Shown here: piece by piece, positions 11,040 through 24,689 of the stretch
Position numbering within the stretch: the first letter of the stretch is position 1
Layout: each line of letters starts with the position of its first letter
Source: Octopus bimaculoides
Lineage: Eukaryota
Length of the DNA: 64,000 bases
Reading direction: 5' to 3'
NCBI RefSeq assembly: GCF_001194135.2
Contig: NC_068986.1
Span: forward strand, 113,851,992 to 113,915,991
Translations under genes and position numbers: made by a program
Notes under the pieces: model-generated
Database searches by the model: none
What the model was told of the DNA's origin: nothing
What the model saw: only the letters and a program-made list of their open reading frames with translations

Positions 11040-11510
11040 TTGCCTCTATGGCGTCGCGTTGCCCTAATGGAAACTTTATGTTGGTGGGACACTCCTAGAA
11101 AGGGAACATAACCAAGAAATTGCACAACCGTATAAAAGAACACATGCACAGGGACGCTTCAAATCAAGAAACACCTAAAGATGTCCCATACGCAGAATTT
11201 TAAAGTTTCCATTAGAGTAACCCAACGTAACAGGGGAAATGTAACAATCACGGACGCCCTCCTTCTAAACAAATTGGGACCAGCCATTAACAACGGAACT
11301 ACACAAGGTAAACTGCCTATTATAGCAACACCAGTCTGCGCATGTCACCATTCTCCCTTTTACCCCTTATCCTATTTCCTATCTCCCTTCTGCCCCCACA
11401 CATCTCCCACAACTCTTTCTAATTGTCATGAGAACAGGTCATAACCTCGAAACATAGAAACAGAAGGTCAAACTGCAACATAGGTTTCTTTTCTCTTTAT
11501 TTTGTACCTT
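11040..11510 (+). mobile_element. Penelope-like element 3' fragment (GIY-YIG endonuclease + terminal region)
   Basis: Frameshifted Y...CP...LYVG, KLHNRIKEH, NFKVSI...ITDALLLNKLGPAINN, then a CT-rich tract and a hammerhead-like motif at about 11427-11460. Confidence 0.7.
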
Positions 11511-11565
11511 CTATCATTTTCCGTCCTTACACGACTAATCTCTTCGTGTGTGTGTGTGTGTGTGT

Positions 11566-11690
11566 CATTGTTCAGTTTTATTTCGAGACTTCTTACCAAT
11601 AGAGAGAGAAAGAACCGGTTTCTAACCTTGATCCTAGGCTCCATCATTGGAATTTCACCATCAACAAGTTATTTTTTGTTTATTTATTTG
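11566..11690 (-). mobile_element. 3' UTR of RLE-LINE subfamily Y ((ACAT)n-associated)
   Basis: Reverse complement aligns with 36285-36386 (GAAATTCCAATGA..GAGCCT..GATC....AAAC.GGTTCTTTCTCTATTGG). Flanks are (TG)n and (TATG)n. Confidence 0.75.
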
Positions 11691-12405
11691 TATGTATGTA
11701 TGTATGTACGTATGCATGTATGCCACAAATTTTCACTGAAATTCCGTATATATTTTTGACTCAATCTGGTATATATGTGTGCTTGCGCACGCGAGTCTCC
11801 CTGCGGCTACATGCGTAAACGAATAGATGAACATACATGTATATCTGTGTATACGTAGATATATATATATAAATATATATATATACGTATACAAAATTAT
11901 TATGGATTACTGCAGAAGACTTACCAAGGAGGCATATACGGATTTTCAAGATTCTCATACTAAAGTGTATTTACCAAAATCAAAAACAGTAACTTTTCTT
12001 TTATATTTCAAACAAACACTATTTTTCCATATTCATATTTTTAAAAAACTACCATTCGATATATTATACAAACTTCACATTTTATATCTGTAAGGAGCAG
12101 AAGTATTGTTTATAAATTTTTATCAATATAGGATTCCATTATAGAGAAAATACCTTTGCGAAACGATCGTAAGATGATTTAAAAACTTAATTTTAAACTA
12201 TTAAATTTTAAACTGTCATATTTATTATTATTATTATTATATTTTTATATTTATACATATTAACATATATGTTTTTATATATTGATATTTTTAATACAAT
12301 AATTAATCTACGCATGTATATACCTTTCTGAAGAATTTTTCTGATATTAATTTCCTGATATTATTTCACAATAAATTATATATTATATACACATACATAC
12401 ATACA

Positions 12406-12436
<31 letters not shown>

Positions 12437-14385
12437 TATAGGTAAATTCTTGAGTTTATGAGCATTTCTGTACGTCGATGCAAGAGTGAGGTTATACATA
12501 TATACATGTGTACATGTGTGTGCGTGTGCATGTATGCATATATGTGCATGTATACATATATGTGCATATGTATGTATGTATGTATACACACACACACAAA
12601 CAAACAAATTCCTTCATCAAAAAGAGAACCAAGGAAAAGGTGAAGTAGTGTAGAGCAGAATCTAAATAGAGGATAAATAATTGCAATAGAGAATAGAAGT
12701 CTATAGGACAGTATAGAACTGTATAATATTGTATAGAANNNNNNNNNNNNNNNNNNNNNNNNNNNNNNNNNNNNNNNNNNNNNNNNNNNNNNNNNNNNNN
12801 NNNNNNNNNNNNNNNNNNNNNNNNNNNNNNNNNNNNNNNNNNNNNNNNNNNNNNNNNNNNNNNNNNNNNNNNNNNNNNNNNNNNNNNNNNNNNNNNNNNN
12901 NNNNNNNNNNNNNNNNNNNNNNNNNNNNNNNNNNNNNNNNNNNNNNNNNNNNNNNNNNNNNNNNNNNNNNNNNNNNNNNNNNNNNNNNNNNNNNNNNNNN
13001 NNNNNNNNNNNNNNNNNNNNNNNNNNNNNNNNNNNNNNNNNNNNNNNNNNNNNNNNNNNNNNNNNNNNNNNNNNNNNNNNNNNNNNNNNNNNNNNNNNNN
13101 NNNNNNNNNNNNNNNNNNNNNNNNNNNNNNNNNNNNNNNNNNNNNNNNNNNNNNNNNNNNNNNNNNNNNNNNNNNNNNNNNNNNNNNNNNNNNNNNNNNN
13201 NNNNNNNNNNNNNNNNNNNNNNNNNNNNNNNNNNNNNNNNNNNNNNNNNNNNNNNNNNNNNNNNNNNNNNNNNNNNNNNNNNNNNNNNNNNNNNNNNNNN
13301 NNNNNNNNNNNNNNNNNNNNNNNNNNNNNNNNNNNNNNNNNNNNNNNNNNNNNNNNNNNNNNNNNNNNNNNNNNNNNNNNNNNNNNNNNNNNNNNNNNNN
13401 NNNNNNNNNNNNNNNNNNNNNNNNNNNNNNNNNNNNNNNNNNNNNNNNNNNNNNNNNNNNNNNNNNNNNNNNNNNNNNNNNNNNNNNNNNNNNNNNNNNN
13501 NNNNNNNNNNNNNNNNNNNNNNNNNNNNNNNNNNNNNNNNNNNNNNNNNNNNNNNNNNNNNNNNNNNNNNNNNNNNNNNNNNNNNNNNNNNNNNNNNNNN
13601 NNNNNNNNNNNNNNNNNNNNNNNNNNNNNNNNNNNNNNNNNATATATATATATATATACGGATTCTGCCACATATATACGCATGTATAGATGTGTGTGTG
13701 TGTTTGCGTCCTGTTATATACATGCGCATCATGTGGTTCTGTTTGTGTTAGTCTTGTGTTTGAGAAAGTGTCGAGAGAGGAGCTGGGATAGATACAAATA
13801 TAGATAGATAAATACGTAGATAAGCTGACAGATAGACAGACATATAGATAAGCTTTAATTACAGAAGCAATCATACGTAGATCGATGGACAGACACACGC
13901 ACGGATACAAACATAACCACATAGACAGAGAGATATATAGTTAGATACAGTATTACACAGGAAGTAGAGTGAATATAAATGGAGTGGTTGCTGGTTAGGT
14001 AGGTGGTTGATCATCATGGTTAATGTTCACATAAATTTATGTGGAGGTAATTAAGTGGAAAGTGGGCGGAAATTTCCATATATTTATAGCCGCAACTTTG
14101 TGGAAAAATCAATTGATAATTTGCCAAATCAATCTTATCTCTACCTAATCGAACACTAATGCTCTCTAGTATATGCTAAACTCATATTTCTCACTGATTC
14201 ATATAAACTGATTTTGATATTAGCAAAAGCTTATAAATAGATAATGAAGATATGGGCTGTTTTTTATAGAGTACCACGCTTGCATTTCCTTGTAGTCTGC
14301 GTGAGTGCCATTTCATCTCAAAACTGTGATATACATGAGATCAAACTTAACTCACGCTGTTATTGTTGTTGTTACGGTTAATAGC

Positions 14386-14418
<33 letters not shown>

Positions 14419-14859
14419 TATCTTCTCATTGTTATTGTTGTTGAAGATGATATTTCGCTCCAAATCACTCAACTAATGAGACGAAAATTGCCGTCATGAC
14501 GGATCTGTCTGTTCTGTTCAGATATCACGGCAGACATTTTTGGATACATTAAACACCGTATGACATGCAACATATTTTTAAAGTGCTGTAGTCTTATATA
14601 GTGGGAGGGGGGCATCTGTCTGCCAATATATATATAATATATATATACATATAGATATATATATTGTATATATGCGTGTGTGTTTGTGTGTGTATTTGAA
14701 TACTATAAAAACACTACTATTTCACCGTTTTATCACTCTTATTATATATCTTTAACGTTTTCGTTATCAGATGCTTGCTATTAGTTGGAAAAAACTGAAG
14801 GTCCTAAGTCCTAATTCATTATTTCCTGATCTTCGTAATCCACAAGAATGACAGAGACA

Positions 14860-15240
14860 GAAATCTACATAAAATGAACAAAGATTAAAGATTACTTCTC
14901 AATGAATATTCTAGAAGACTAGAAGTCTGTGTTATAAAAGACTACATACACAAATACAATGCAAAAACTACATCAGTAAATACACCCAATAACTAGATAC
15001 GAATCAGAAAATATAATATGTATTAAATGCACAAACGCTATAAAACAGTCGAATACATAATCCAAAACCTCATGAAACGGAACAAAAAATGCAGCGTACC
15101 CGGCTATAACATAAAACTAATAACATTCTGTAAAGTCACCAACACCAAACACGAGATTTTCATTATCACACCACAAGGAATTAAGCCAGAAAGCAAATTG
15201 TTAATGACTAAAGCAATCTACAAACTTCGTTGTAAGTTGT
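14860..15240 (+). mobile_element. Possible very old LINE C-terminal fragment
   Basis: CIKC....TVEYII resembles a zinc-knuckle remnant; A-rich strand bias; many stops. Confidence 0.25.
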
Positions 15241-15956
15241 AAAGTTCAGGACTTCAGCTGTTACATTGTTCTTACTAGTACAACATAGTCTTGTTGGTCA
15301 GCTATGGTTTTACAACGCAGAGCAACTACAGCACGTTGTATGAGACAAAAAAAAGAGTTAGAAAAGCATTAGTAGTAGTACTTACAAGCAAAAACAATTC
15401 TTTACAAGACTAAGGTAGTCGTGGCAGCAATAACCATGTTGGAAGAGAATGTAAAAAAAAACAACACTAAAACATCATATACAGCGAACAATTTACACGT
15501 GGTTGCTGACATGAAAGCGTAACACTCAAAACAATTTAGTAGTAAGGCCCACATTAATTTGGACACAACAAAATAAATTAATATGCGGCTGCTGATGTTT
15601 CGTAGAAAAGGCCACGTAATTTTGAATACTATATAAGAATGAAAACAGTCATCAAATCTATTTCAAGATGCAACGAAAATTTTAGAAAAATAAAAAAGAA
15701 TTAAGTGGAAATTTAACCGGTGAGTGTGTTAAATTATAAGGCACCAAAAGAGAAGAACTCTCTCACCAGATACAACAGAATATGCTTCAACAAATCCCAA
15801 AGCGAAATATATATATATAATAGTGTACATTTAAACACAAGAGAAAACTACCTTCANNNNNNNNNNNNNNNNNNNNNNNNNNNNNNNNNNNNNNNNNNNN
15901 NNNNNNNNNNNNNNNNNNNNNNNNNNNNNNNNNNNNNNNNNNNNNNNNNNNNNNNN

Positions 15957-15988
<32 letters not shown>

Positions 15989-16199
15989 CATGTATTTGTG
16001 TACAGCTGCTCTGGCTTATTGAGGCTTCCTAAGAGACATTTCATGTCAAGTGCCTACATTTGTCTAGAGACTCTGAAACGGTTTATATCTATACAACTGT
16101 CACTGACAGCTTACATCATACGTCCAATTTTTCAATATGCTTAATATTACATGCCACTCAGCATTTATCTCCCCTTTCTTCATCAATTGCCGACTTTTA

Positions 16200-16690
16200 T
16201 TGATGTTATTCTTGTTCTTCTTGTTGTTACTGTTGTATGTAAGCTAACGTCGTTATTTTCAAACTTTTACTTCTTCCTTGATTTCAATTTTCTTCCACTT
16301 AGCTTTATCCTTCTCGACACACATATTTCTTTTCTCGTTGCTGTTCATTTACTACTTCTCCATTTTCTTTTCCTTCTTAATCTCTTTCTTCTTCTTCTCT
16401 CTCTTCTTCTCCTTCATCTTCTTTTACACCTTCTCCTTCACCTTCTTCTTCACCCCTTCTTCCTTTTCTTTATCTTCTTTTTCACCTTTTTATCTGTCAT
16501 ATTCTTTTCTTCTTCACACTCGTCTTCACCTGCTTCTTCTCCTTCTTCACTTTCTCTGTCTTCTTCTTCACCTCCTTCTTCCTTTTCCCCATCTTCCACT
16601 TCACCTCCTTCTTACTCTTCTCCTTCTCCTTCTTCTTCAGCTTCTTCACTTTCGAATTCTTCCTTTTCTTCCTCTTTTTAACTCTGCCTT
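16200..16690. repeat. (TCT/TTC)n-rich low-complexity tract
   Basis: Pyrimidine-rich triplet repeats; produces the spurious Leu/Phe/Ser-rich ORFs. Confidence 0.85.
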
Positions 16691-17824
16691 ATCCTTTCCT
16701 TGTGGTTCGTCTCCTCTTTCTTCTGCATTTCAGCACACACACACATACACACGCACACATACATACTCGCACGCGCGCATGTATGCATTCAGACTTCGGC
16801 CAAACCACGAGCCACAGCATTTCTTGTTCAAGTCCATTGCATGGTAGCCTGGATCTGAACCCAAACATCGTAGCTGCAAATCCATCTCCTGAACCCCTCA
16901 GCCACGTCTGCTCCTCTAAAACGAACGCCATGTTTCACGAATTCGCGACTCGTCCTTGTAGTTGGATATACAATCTAGCCTCACTCGAATATTGCATGAG
17001 GATACACAAGCAGTCGGTGTGGATCGAAATTTATATATATATAAATCCAAAAACCGGAATTAGAACGTAACGGACGGCCAGGGAAAACCAGGACGGAACA
17101 TGCGTGGATTTCTTTCACCAGTCAAGCATCCAAACATCATTACACTTTCGACCTGTTGCAAATGTTCAAAATTAATAGGCCCAAAATTCTAAGCTAAGAC
17201 CGTTAAATATTTGGAAGAAAGCTAGCAAATATGTGAGACAACACACATAAAAACGAGAAAAGGGGGGAAATGTTACAGGATTACAAATACAAAGAACAAG
17301 AAGAGCAACAGGTGTCTTTCGACTAATAAGGACAAGTTAAATTGAGCTGGCGTCTGAAGTGGAAGCCTTAAGGTACAAAGATAGAGGGAAGTCAGGAGAC
17401 AGGAAAATAAGGTGGTGTACGGGCGGCGGTCAAGCGAAGAAAGAGAGATCATACTTGACCGAACACAGAGTAATAATGCCTCCTACCTCTCACTCTCTAA
17501 AGTCTGTCATACCGGCCATGATGAAATACCACAAGGTATAGAAATACGTATTCTCCTTTATATATTTAATCCTTTATATTGAACACTCAATATTTCATCT
17601 ATTCAATAAGACATATTCCATATATTCAATAAGACATTCAATACTTTATTTCATTGTACCATCCATTTTTATTTAATATTATATATTGTATATCCCACAA
17701 TGGTTTTGCAGGAATATAAATAAAACATAAAAAACAGACAGTGTTGGAACTCTTTTAAACAAAATAATATATTCCTCTATACACAATCATACAAAACCCC
17801 TTTTTTTGTATTTATTTTTACTCG

Positions 17825-17879
<55 letters not shown>

Positions 17880-18451
17880 CCATATATATGTGTGAATGTG
17901 TGTGCGGATAAGAGTACGTTGTAGTCATGAAATTATACATGCATACATATACACACATAGATAGATAGGCAGATTAATTCCATTTGTGGTGTTGATGAAT
18001 ATATTCGTCATGAAGAATTCGGAAACGAACTGTTGGCAATACGGGTGTTTATGGTAAAATTCGATGTGTAAATGTTGTGTAGTAGCAGACGACGTACCTG
18101 TGGTTGTTCGACTATTAGTGGTGATCGTATTAGTATTCAGAGCTCCGAATTAATTACATCAAAGACAAATTATGCTCCTATCAAGCCGATATAATTTTCA
18201 TCCTCCCAAATTTCTGTTACTTTACTAATTTAATCAAACAATGTGGATTTTATAGCACCTGTCATACAGTTTTCTCACGAGATTCCTATTAGCATAATTT
18301 AGATGCGATCGTAAAACATTTACAAATATATGAACACTCGCACACACACATAACAAACACAGGTGTGTATAGAAAAGCACAATTACACCTATGTATAAGT
18401 TTATGTATTTCACTATTTATATGTATATGTATACACATATATATATACATA

Positions 18452-18671
18452 TATGGGGAGGTGCTGAAAAGTTCCTGGCTTTGGATAAATGAAAATACAG
18501 GAGGTTCAGTTAATTATGATTTTATTTAACAAATTCTCCTCTCACATTTCTCTTCACACATTCACACTCTTCAGTGTTTTTGAGCTCTGTAAAAGAACTC
18601 AGAAATTTGGGCCTCCAACCAGGCCTTTCGCGAGCCCTTAGAGTCAAGAAAATTTCAGCGTCTCCATCATA
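18452..18671. mobile_element. mariner-type MITE (decayed)
   Basis: Imperfect TIRs TATGGGGAGGTGCTGAAAAGTTCCTGGCTT and reverse-complement TATGATGGAGACGCTGAAATTTTCTTGACT; TA at both ends inside (TA)n. Confidence 0.55.
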
Positions 18672-18843
18672 TATATGAATATATGATGCTCATGTGCATA
18701 TAATCATTTACCCCCCACCCCCACCCACGCTCGGCAGGCAGTGGTGATATATATTTATACATGTGTTTACTCACATACACATACGCACACACAAATAATA
18801 CCCCAAATGTAACGAGCACATCTTAAAAATAAAGCGAATATAT

Positions 18844-19278
18844 CCTTTTCTACTCTAGGCAGAAGGCACGACATTTTGGAGGAAGGGGCCAGTCGATTAG
18901 ATCGACTCCAGTACGCAACTGGTACTTAATTTATCGACCCCGAAAGGATGAAAGGCAAAGTCGACCCCAGCAGAATTTGAACTGAGAACGTAAAGACAGA
19001 CGAAATACTGCTAAGCATTTTGCCCGGCGTGCCAACGTTTCTTGTTTCTTTATTTTGTCCACAAGGGGCTAAACATAGAGGGGACAAACAAGGACAGACA
19101 AAGGGATTAAGTCGATTATATCGACTCCAGTGTGCAACTGGTACTTAATTTATCGACTCCAAAAGGATGAAAGGCAAAGTCGACCTCGGCGGAATTTGAG
19201 CTCAGAACATTAAGACAGACGAAATACCGCTAAGCATTTCGCCAGGCGTACTAACGACTCTACCAGCTCGCTGCCTTA
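18844..19278 (-). mobile_element. Dimeric family A SINE
   Basis: Two head-to-tail monomers joined by an A-rich linker. 16-bp TSD with 2 mismatches (18828-18843 AATAAAGCGAATATAT / 19278-19293 AATAAAGTGATTATAT). Confidence 0.9.
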
Positions 19279-19910
19279 ATAAAGTGATTATATTAAATAC
19301 AATTTCAAGTGATGAATATGCACGTGTCTATGTATGTTCCGTTGAATCAGCTGCGACCCTCGTCGTCGTAAACGACGAAGTGTTCCTTTGATATATCTAT
19401 ATATGTATATGTGTATATAGCTCTCTCTGTCACCCACCTGCTCCCACACATTCACTCTCTCTCTCTCTTCTTTCTTTCTCTCTCTCTCATCTTTCTTTCT
19501 CTCTCTATCTCTCTCTATCTCTCTTTTCTTTCTTTCTCTCTCTCTCTCTCTCTCTTCTTTCTCTCCCTCTCTCTTTCTTTCTCCTGAAATCTTTCCCGAC
19601 TGCCCATTGCGAGGATCCTGCTTCTCAAAGTCGTCTTTAGATGTATGTACATGGCAATATGCGGCACTAAACAGGCGCCTCTAAACAGATTTACACTAGA
19701 CATAAGCTTATTCAGGACCAGGTACAGAAAATTCTAACCCCTACTAAAATTCATCTGGAGACACCTGGCCCAGGGCAGCATTTTCTTCAACTTCATATTG
19801 TCATCTTCTTCATCTGATGTTCTTCATGTCCAAGTCAAGCTCCATGAGAAATTAGGAGTATTGTTCTTCATTCCCCGTGTGATCGTCATTCAGCGAAGCT
19901 ACATAAGACA

Positions 19911-19980
<70 letters not shown>

Positions 19981-20224
19981 ATATAACGTGAGAGAGTTAG
20001 GGTTTGGGGGTTCAACCCACTAAGGGATAGTATCTATCCAGTATACTGCTGGGAGGGTACCCAATTATTGCTACACTAGTGCTGTATTAGGTGCAATCAA
20101 TGGGAGCGGGTAAATGTGGAGGTTTTACCCAAAATTTGTATAAGAATTAGAAAATGGAGGATAATATGCTATATATACTGATAGATAGATAGATAGATAG
20201 ATATTCCGGTCTTCCACACTGTTT

Positions 20225-20330
20225 CCGTTTTCCAGATTCACTGAGACATTCTTCATCCTGGGGACCTAAGCAGAAGACCCTTGCTCAAAGTAGTATGCAG
20301 TTACTAATGCATGGATTCGTAATAGCATGG
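20225..20330 (-). mobile_element. SINE family B fragment (decayed)
   Basis: CTTCCACACTGTTTCCGT...GCAGAAGACCCTTGCTCAAAG resembles the reverse-complemented CORE region of 45858-46283. Confidence 0.5.
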
Positions 20331-21404
20331 ATATGGATATTGGACAAGTATATCTGAGAAGAACAGTTAGGAAGCATCACCAGAAATACCATGAAGGGAC
20401 CAGCAGCTCAGTTTTGGAAAAGAAAAGTGGAAAAAGTATGAATTGTTTTAATAACTGCGATTGATTGTTTACATAATTAACGGTGTTGAAAAACAAGAGT
20501 GTTAATTAATGAAGCGAAAATTATTGTGAAAGTACGTATAAATCTTTGGCAAGCACTTTGGCAACAATCTGTCCCTGGGGAGGTATGTTAACATCGAAAC
20601 GCGCTCGAACTTGTTACCGGTCTCGTCAATAGTCCGAAATTTGTATTAATTCACCAGTTAATACGTTAATTTGTGGAATTTTAATTTAATCTTACTAAAC
20701 TGTTAGAGTTGTCACTGTTGCAGTGCCAAACCAGATATTAACTATCCATTGAGTTGATTTTAACATTTCAAGATTTCCTCATAGTGGTGTAGACTTAATC
20801 TGTGGCACGAAATACCATCACCAACTAGTTCCTTGGTGGCTTTAGGGGTGTCCTTTATGTTTCAAAGGCTCCACCGAGTGGCTGTCTTTAAGATAACTTC
20901 GTCCCTCACTTTGATCTCTTTCTCCAGTTTTGGAGATCAGGAAACAGTAGCATCAATGCTATATTTTCTTCCTTGTCAAAATAGTTTTATGATACAATTA
21001 TTTCAATATATTGATATAGTGTGTATCGTACTAAGTATATTTGCATTCTGAGAGATGTTATGTTTCGCACGACTGATGCCTCTGCATAATTTCCTTCAGC
21101 TAATAAGTAGATCAATGCAACTATGTCCAACAAGATACTGCTTGGAAAGATGAGAACAGGTTAAATTTCTCTGTCATAAATGTATACAAAGACCATAGTA
21201 ACCGGCAGGTTTATGCGACACTAGGCTACTACTAAAATATTAATAAAATATTACCTGGACATAAATGTTGGAAATCTACCAAAAGTGTTTGGTAGATTAT
21301 AATCAAATGATATTCTCGAGCTAAGTTGACATTACAGACGGACTACAAAGTAGGGAAACAAAGTGAATTGGTTCTTGATGTCTATGTTGTAATTGTTTAG
21401 CCCC

Positions 21405-21650
21405 AAGTTAGCTTTAAACGAGCAGATCTATAATCAAAACCATTTCCATGATGACCACCTACTTTCATATTTCAGATGTAATGTAACTCGAACTCCATGC
21501 TTTAATGTAATTCCTTTGTTTTTCTAAGACAGCGGATTGTGACATGAAAGTTTGCCTGCTACTTTGAGATGGCCGACTGACCCTATTTCCCTAATCAAGT
21601 AGATCTATGATCAAAAGAGTTTCAGCGATGATTACGGCTATATTTCCCAA
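21405..21650 (+). repeat. Unclassified interspersed repeat
   Basis: Weak similarity to 10020-10210 and internal similarity (AGATCTAT.ATCAAAA twice). Confidence 0.3.
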
Positions 21651-21685
21651 TGTTCTTCATTTTTACATACCTACATTTTATTTGT

Positions 21686-21756
<71 letters not shown>

Positions 21757-21783
21757 TATTTATACAGAGTGATACAGAGATAC

Positions 21784-21815
<32 letters not shown>

Positions 21816-22129
21816 TTATGACTGTGTGTACTTATAAACACATACATACACACGAATATATTTACAGGTGTATATAATTTCATTTGCGTGTCAAAACCCT
21901 TTTGTATGATTCTGAGGAATCGATTCTGTGTGTAGGACACCTCATACGTTAATGGTCACATGTATTATTGAATAATAGGGCAATGCGCATGCGACCGATG
22001 TTCGATGAAACAATTGTAAATTGAAAGCAAAGGACTTACTCCAATGTCATTGGTTATAATTATAAGCATGCGCACAAGCACGCACTCACATATACATATA
22101 GAATATACATAATATATGTATGTATGTAA

Positions 22130-22440
22130 AAAAGGGTAGGGTCCTTTCGGTCATGAATGACCATAGGATTGCACCTAGAAGGTTCCTCTCCGAAGCACAA
22201 GTCCAAGCAAGGTTGTTTATGGAAGACCAGCAGTCGTCCATGAATACCAGCCTCCTCTCTCCACGTCACCGATGTTGTCCAAGGGAAAAGTAAAGGCTGC
22301 TACAGCTTGGCACCAGTGACGTCGCAACTCATTTCTACAGCTGAGAGAACTGGAGCAACGTGAAATAAAGTGTCTTGCTCAAGAACACAACACAACACAC
22401 AGCCCAGTCCAGGAATCAAGCTCACTACCTCACGATTGTT
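22130..22440 (-). mobile_element. CORE-like tRNA-derived SINE with a distinct 3' tail
   Basis: GAAATAAAGTGTCTTGCTCAAGAACACAAC and CCAGGAATCAAGCTC are the reverse complement of the CORE and B-box regions (compare 45099-45392, 43865-44050). Confidence 0.75.
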
Positions 22441-23265
22441 TGTATGCTTATAGGAGTCGAAAGTTTCCTTTGTTGAAAGTTTAGAGGTTATTTCTTGCAG
22501 GTCGTGCAACCAAAAAGAGCCTCAGTGATAGTTGCAATAGTTATGGTATTTATTTGTGACAATTTCTTTTGTGCCATTTACAGTCATATTCTTTGCAAAG
22601 CTTTTTCCTTCTCTAATGCCACATTCTTTGAAACTCGTAATTTCGTACCGTACTTATGAAGGTTACATGGAAAGGTTACGTAATGGATTGTTATTCAGTG
22701 TCGGTATTAACCTCTCCGCATCTACATCATTCCATGGTAGTTAATTAAGAAGCTTAAATACTTAGGAGACGACATTTGGCATTAAAATTACGTGACATAA
22801 AACTTGATGCCACAATTAGAAAAACAAACCTTCCAGTTTAGAGGGAGGAGGTCAAATATGGAATGACAAAAAAAAATGGGAAATACTGGGAGGAAAAAAA
22901 ATCATTGTTTTCAGAAATACAAGAACAATATCAAATTTGTTTTTGACCTTTTAAGATACGTTTTGTGTTCAACAATAAATAATCACTTTTACTTCAACAA
23001 TTAAAGGTTTATTCTTTTAAACAATAGGGAAAGGATTTCTAAATTTCATTTCATAACGTAGATCTCATTACGAACGTGGAATTCAAAACGTGAACACGTA
23101 GATCTCCGCTTCTCGCAACAAAGAGCTTTTAACTGCTGGTCGACAATGGAATCTCACTACAATGGCAGAAAAGATCTAATGCACAACAATTGTTGCTTTG
23201 ATTCTCATCATGCAAAATTTCTCATTTTCAAAGAAATTCCCATGTGAATAAAATTAAAACTGATG

Positions 23266-23323
<58 letters not shown>

Positions 23324-24689
23324 TCATTATCCTTATTTACAATATGTACGATCATTGTGCAAATATGTGCAAGTCATGCAGTAATGGAAGCATGCCATAA
23401 TTTCTTCTCGAGCTTTCTCTTATTCAGCAAATGGAATTTATGCTATGCGTGTAGTTTCTGAAGAGTACTATATACTACTAGTGGAGCCCATGGAAATTCC
23501 AAAGAACGAAAATGTTTAAGCTATTTAAGAGAGAAAGGGTGACTTACCATTCCCTTCTAGTCACAATAATATATATTACATGATCTTAAAATGTTCCTCT
23601 GCGAAACACTTTCTCTCTCGAAGACTTTAACAAACATTTTAACCATGTAATTTCCCTTTTCATGTCTTTAACATCCCTCTCTTCCTCTTCAACTCTCACT
23701 CCCACTACCACATGAGAGGCGAGCTACTCTCTCATTCACTCTCACATTCCCTCTTACTCACTCCACCTCTCCCTCCTCTCTAAAGCGTATAGTGCAAACG
23801 AACAGGCAGAAGAATAATGTTATAGATTTAATTCGATAAAAAGTACTTTTCACACCCAACACAACACCACAACCATCATAATCACTATAGTTTCAGTAAA
23901 AAAGCTCATTTCATTTCAGTTCAATTCAGCTGTCTTTTTTTTATATCTACTTTTCTTCCTCTCGATGTATCTCTACTCTGACTATACAAACGCTCTCTCT
24001 CTTTCTCTCTTTTACAATGTAACTACCTTCCCTGCCCATTTCTCTCCATCTGCTTTTCTTTAACCTTAACACCAGAACATCTCCCTCTGCTAAATATCGT
24101 ATCCTAAACATATCCATTTTACTTCTCCCTCCCCACCCTACAACACGTAATTAATACTTCTCTCTCCCTCTTTTCTCTCGCTCTTCGCCTCCCCTTCTAC
24201 TTACCATGAGAGTGAAGCATTTGGCCTTAGTGTAGTATTACACCCCTCTCTTCTTTCTACTCTACTCACATTCCTCTCCCTCTCTCTATCTCTCATACAC
24301 ACGCACACTTTTGCACCACTTCTCACTCCCTCCACCTCTACCTCTCTAACTAGCTAAAGTATAACGGGCGAACGAACAAGCAGATTATTATGTAGACTGC
24401 ACATATTTAAGTTCAGGATTTCTTTTTCTATACCTCAATTAACAACTATGTTTTTATATTTAGACAAGTTTATTTACTTACTTTTTGTTTCCGATTCTGC
24501 TACGCAGGTCTCTAATACATGCCGCGTTCGTGTTTATTGACTATTTACATTAGTTTCCCTTTATGCTTTACCAGATTATTTTGCTACATATATTAGATAT
24601 GAAATATAAAAATATTCTAATTCCAGAAGACTCCTACCTCTATATATTCGTAGCAAATATAATATTTCTGGGTGAGATTTTCACTTCTG

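Noticed and set aside
14491-14502. 12-bp palindrome CCGTCATGACGG and 17-bp AACGATTT-T-AAATCGTT at 27411-27427
   Set aside because: Isolated short palindromes with no supporting context.
16151-16847. 176-189 aa hydrophobic ORFs resembling membrane proteins
   Set aside because: Derived from a (TCT/TTC)n low-complexity tract.
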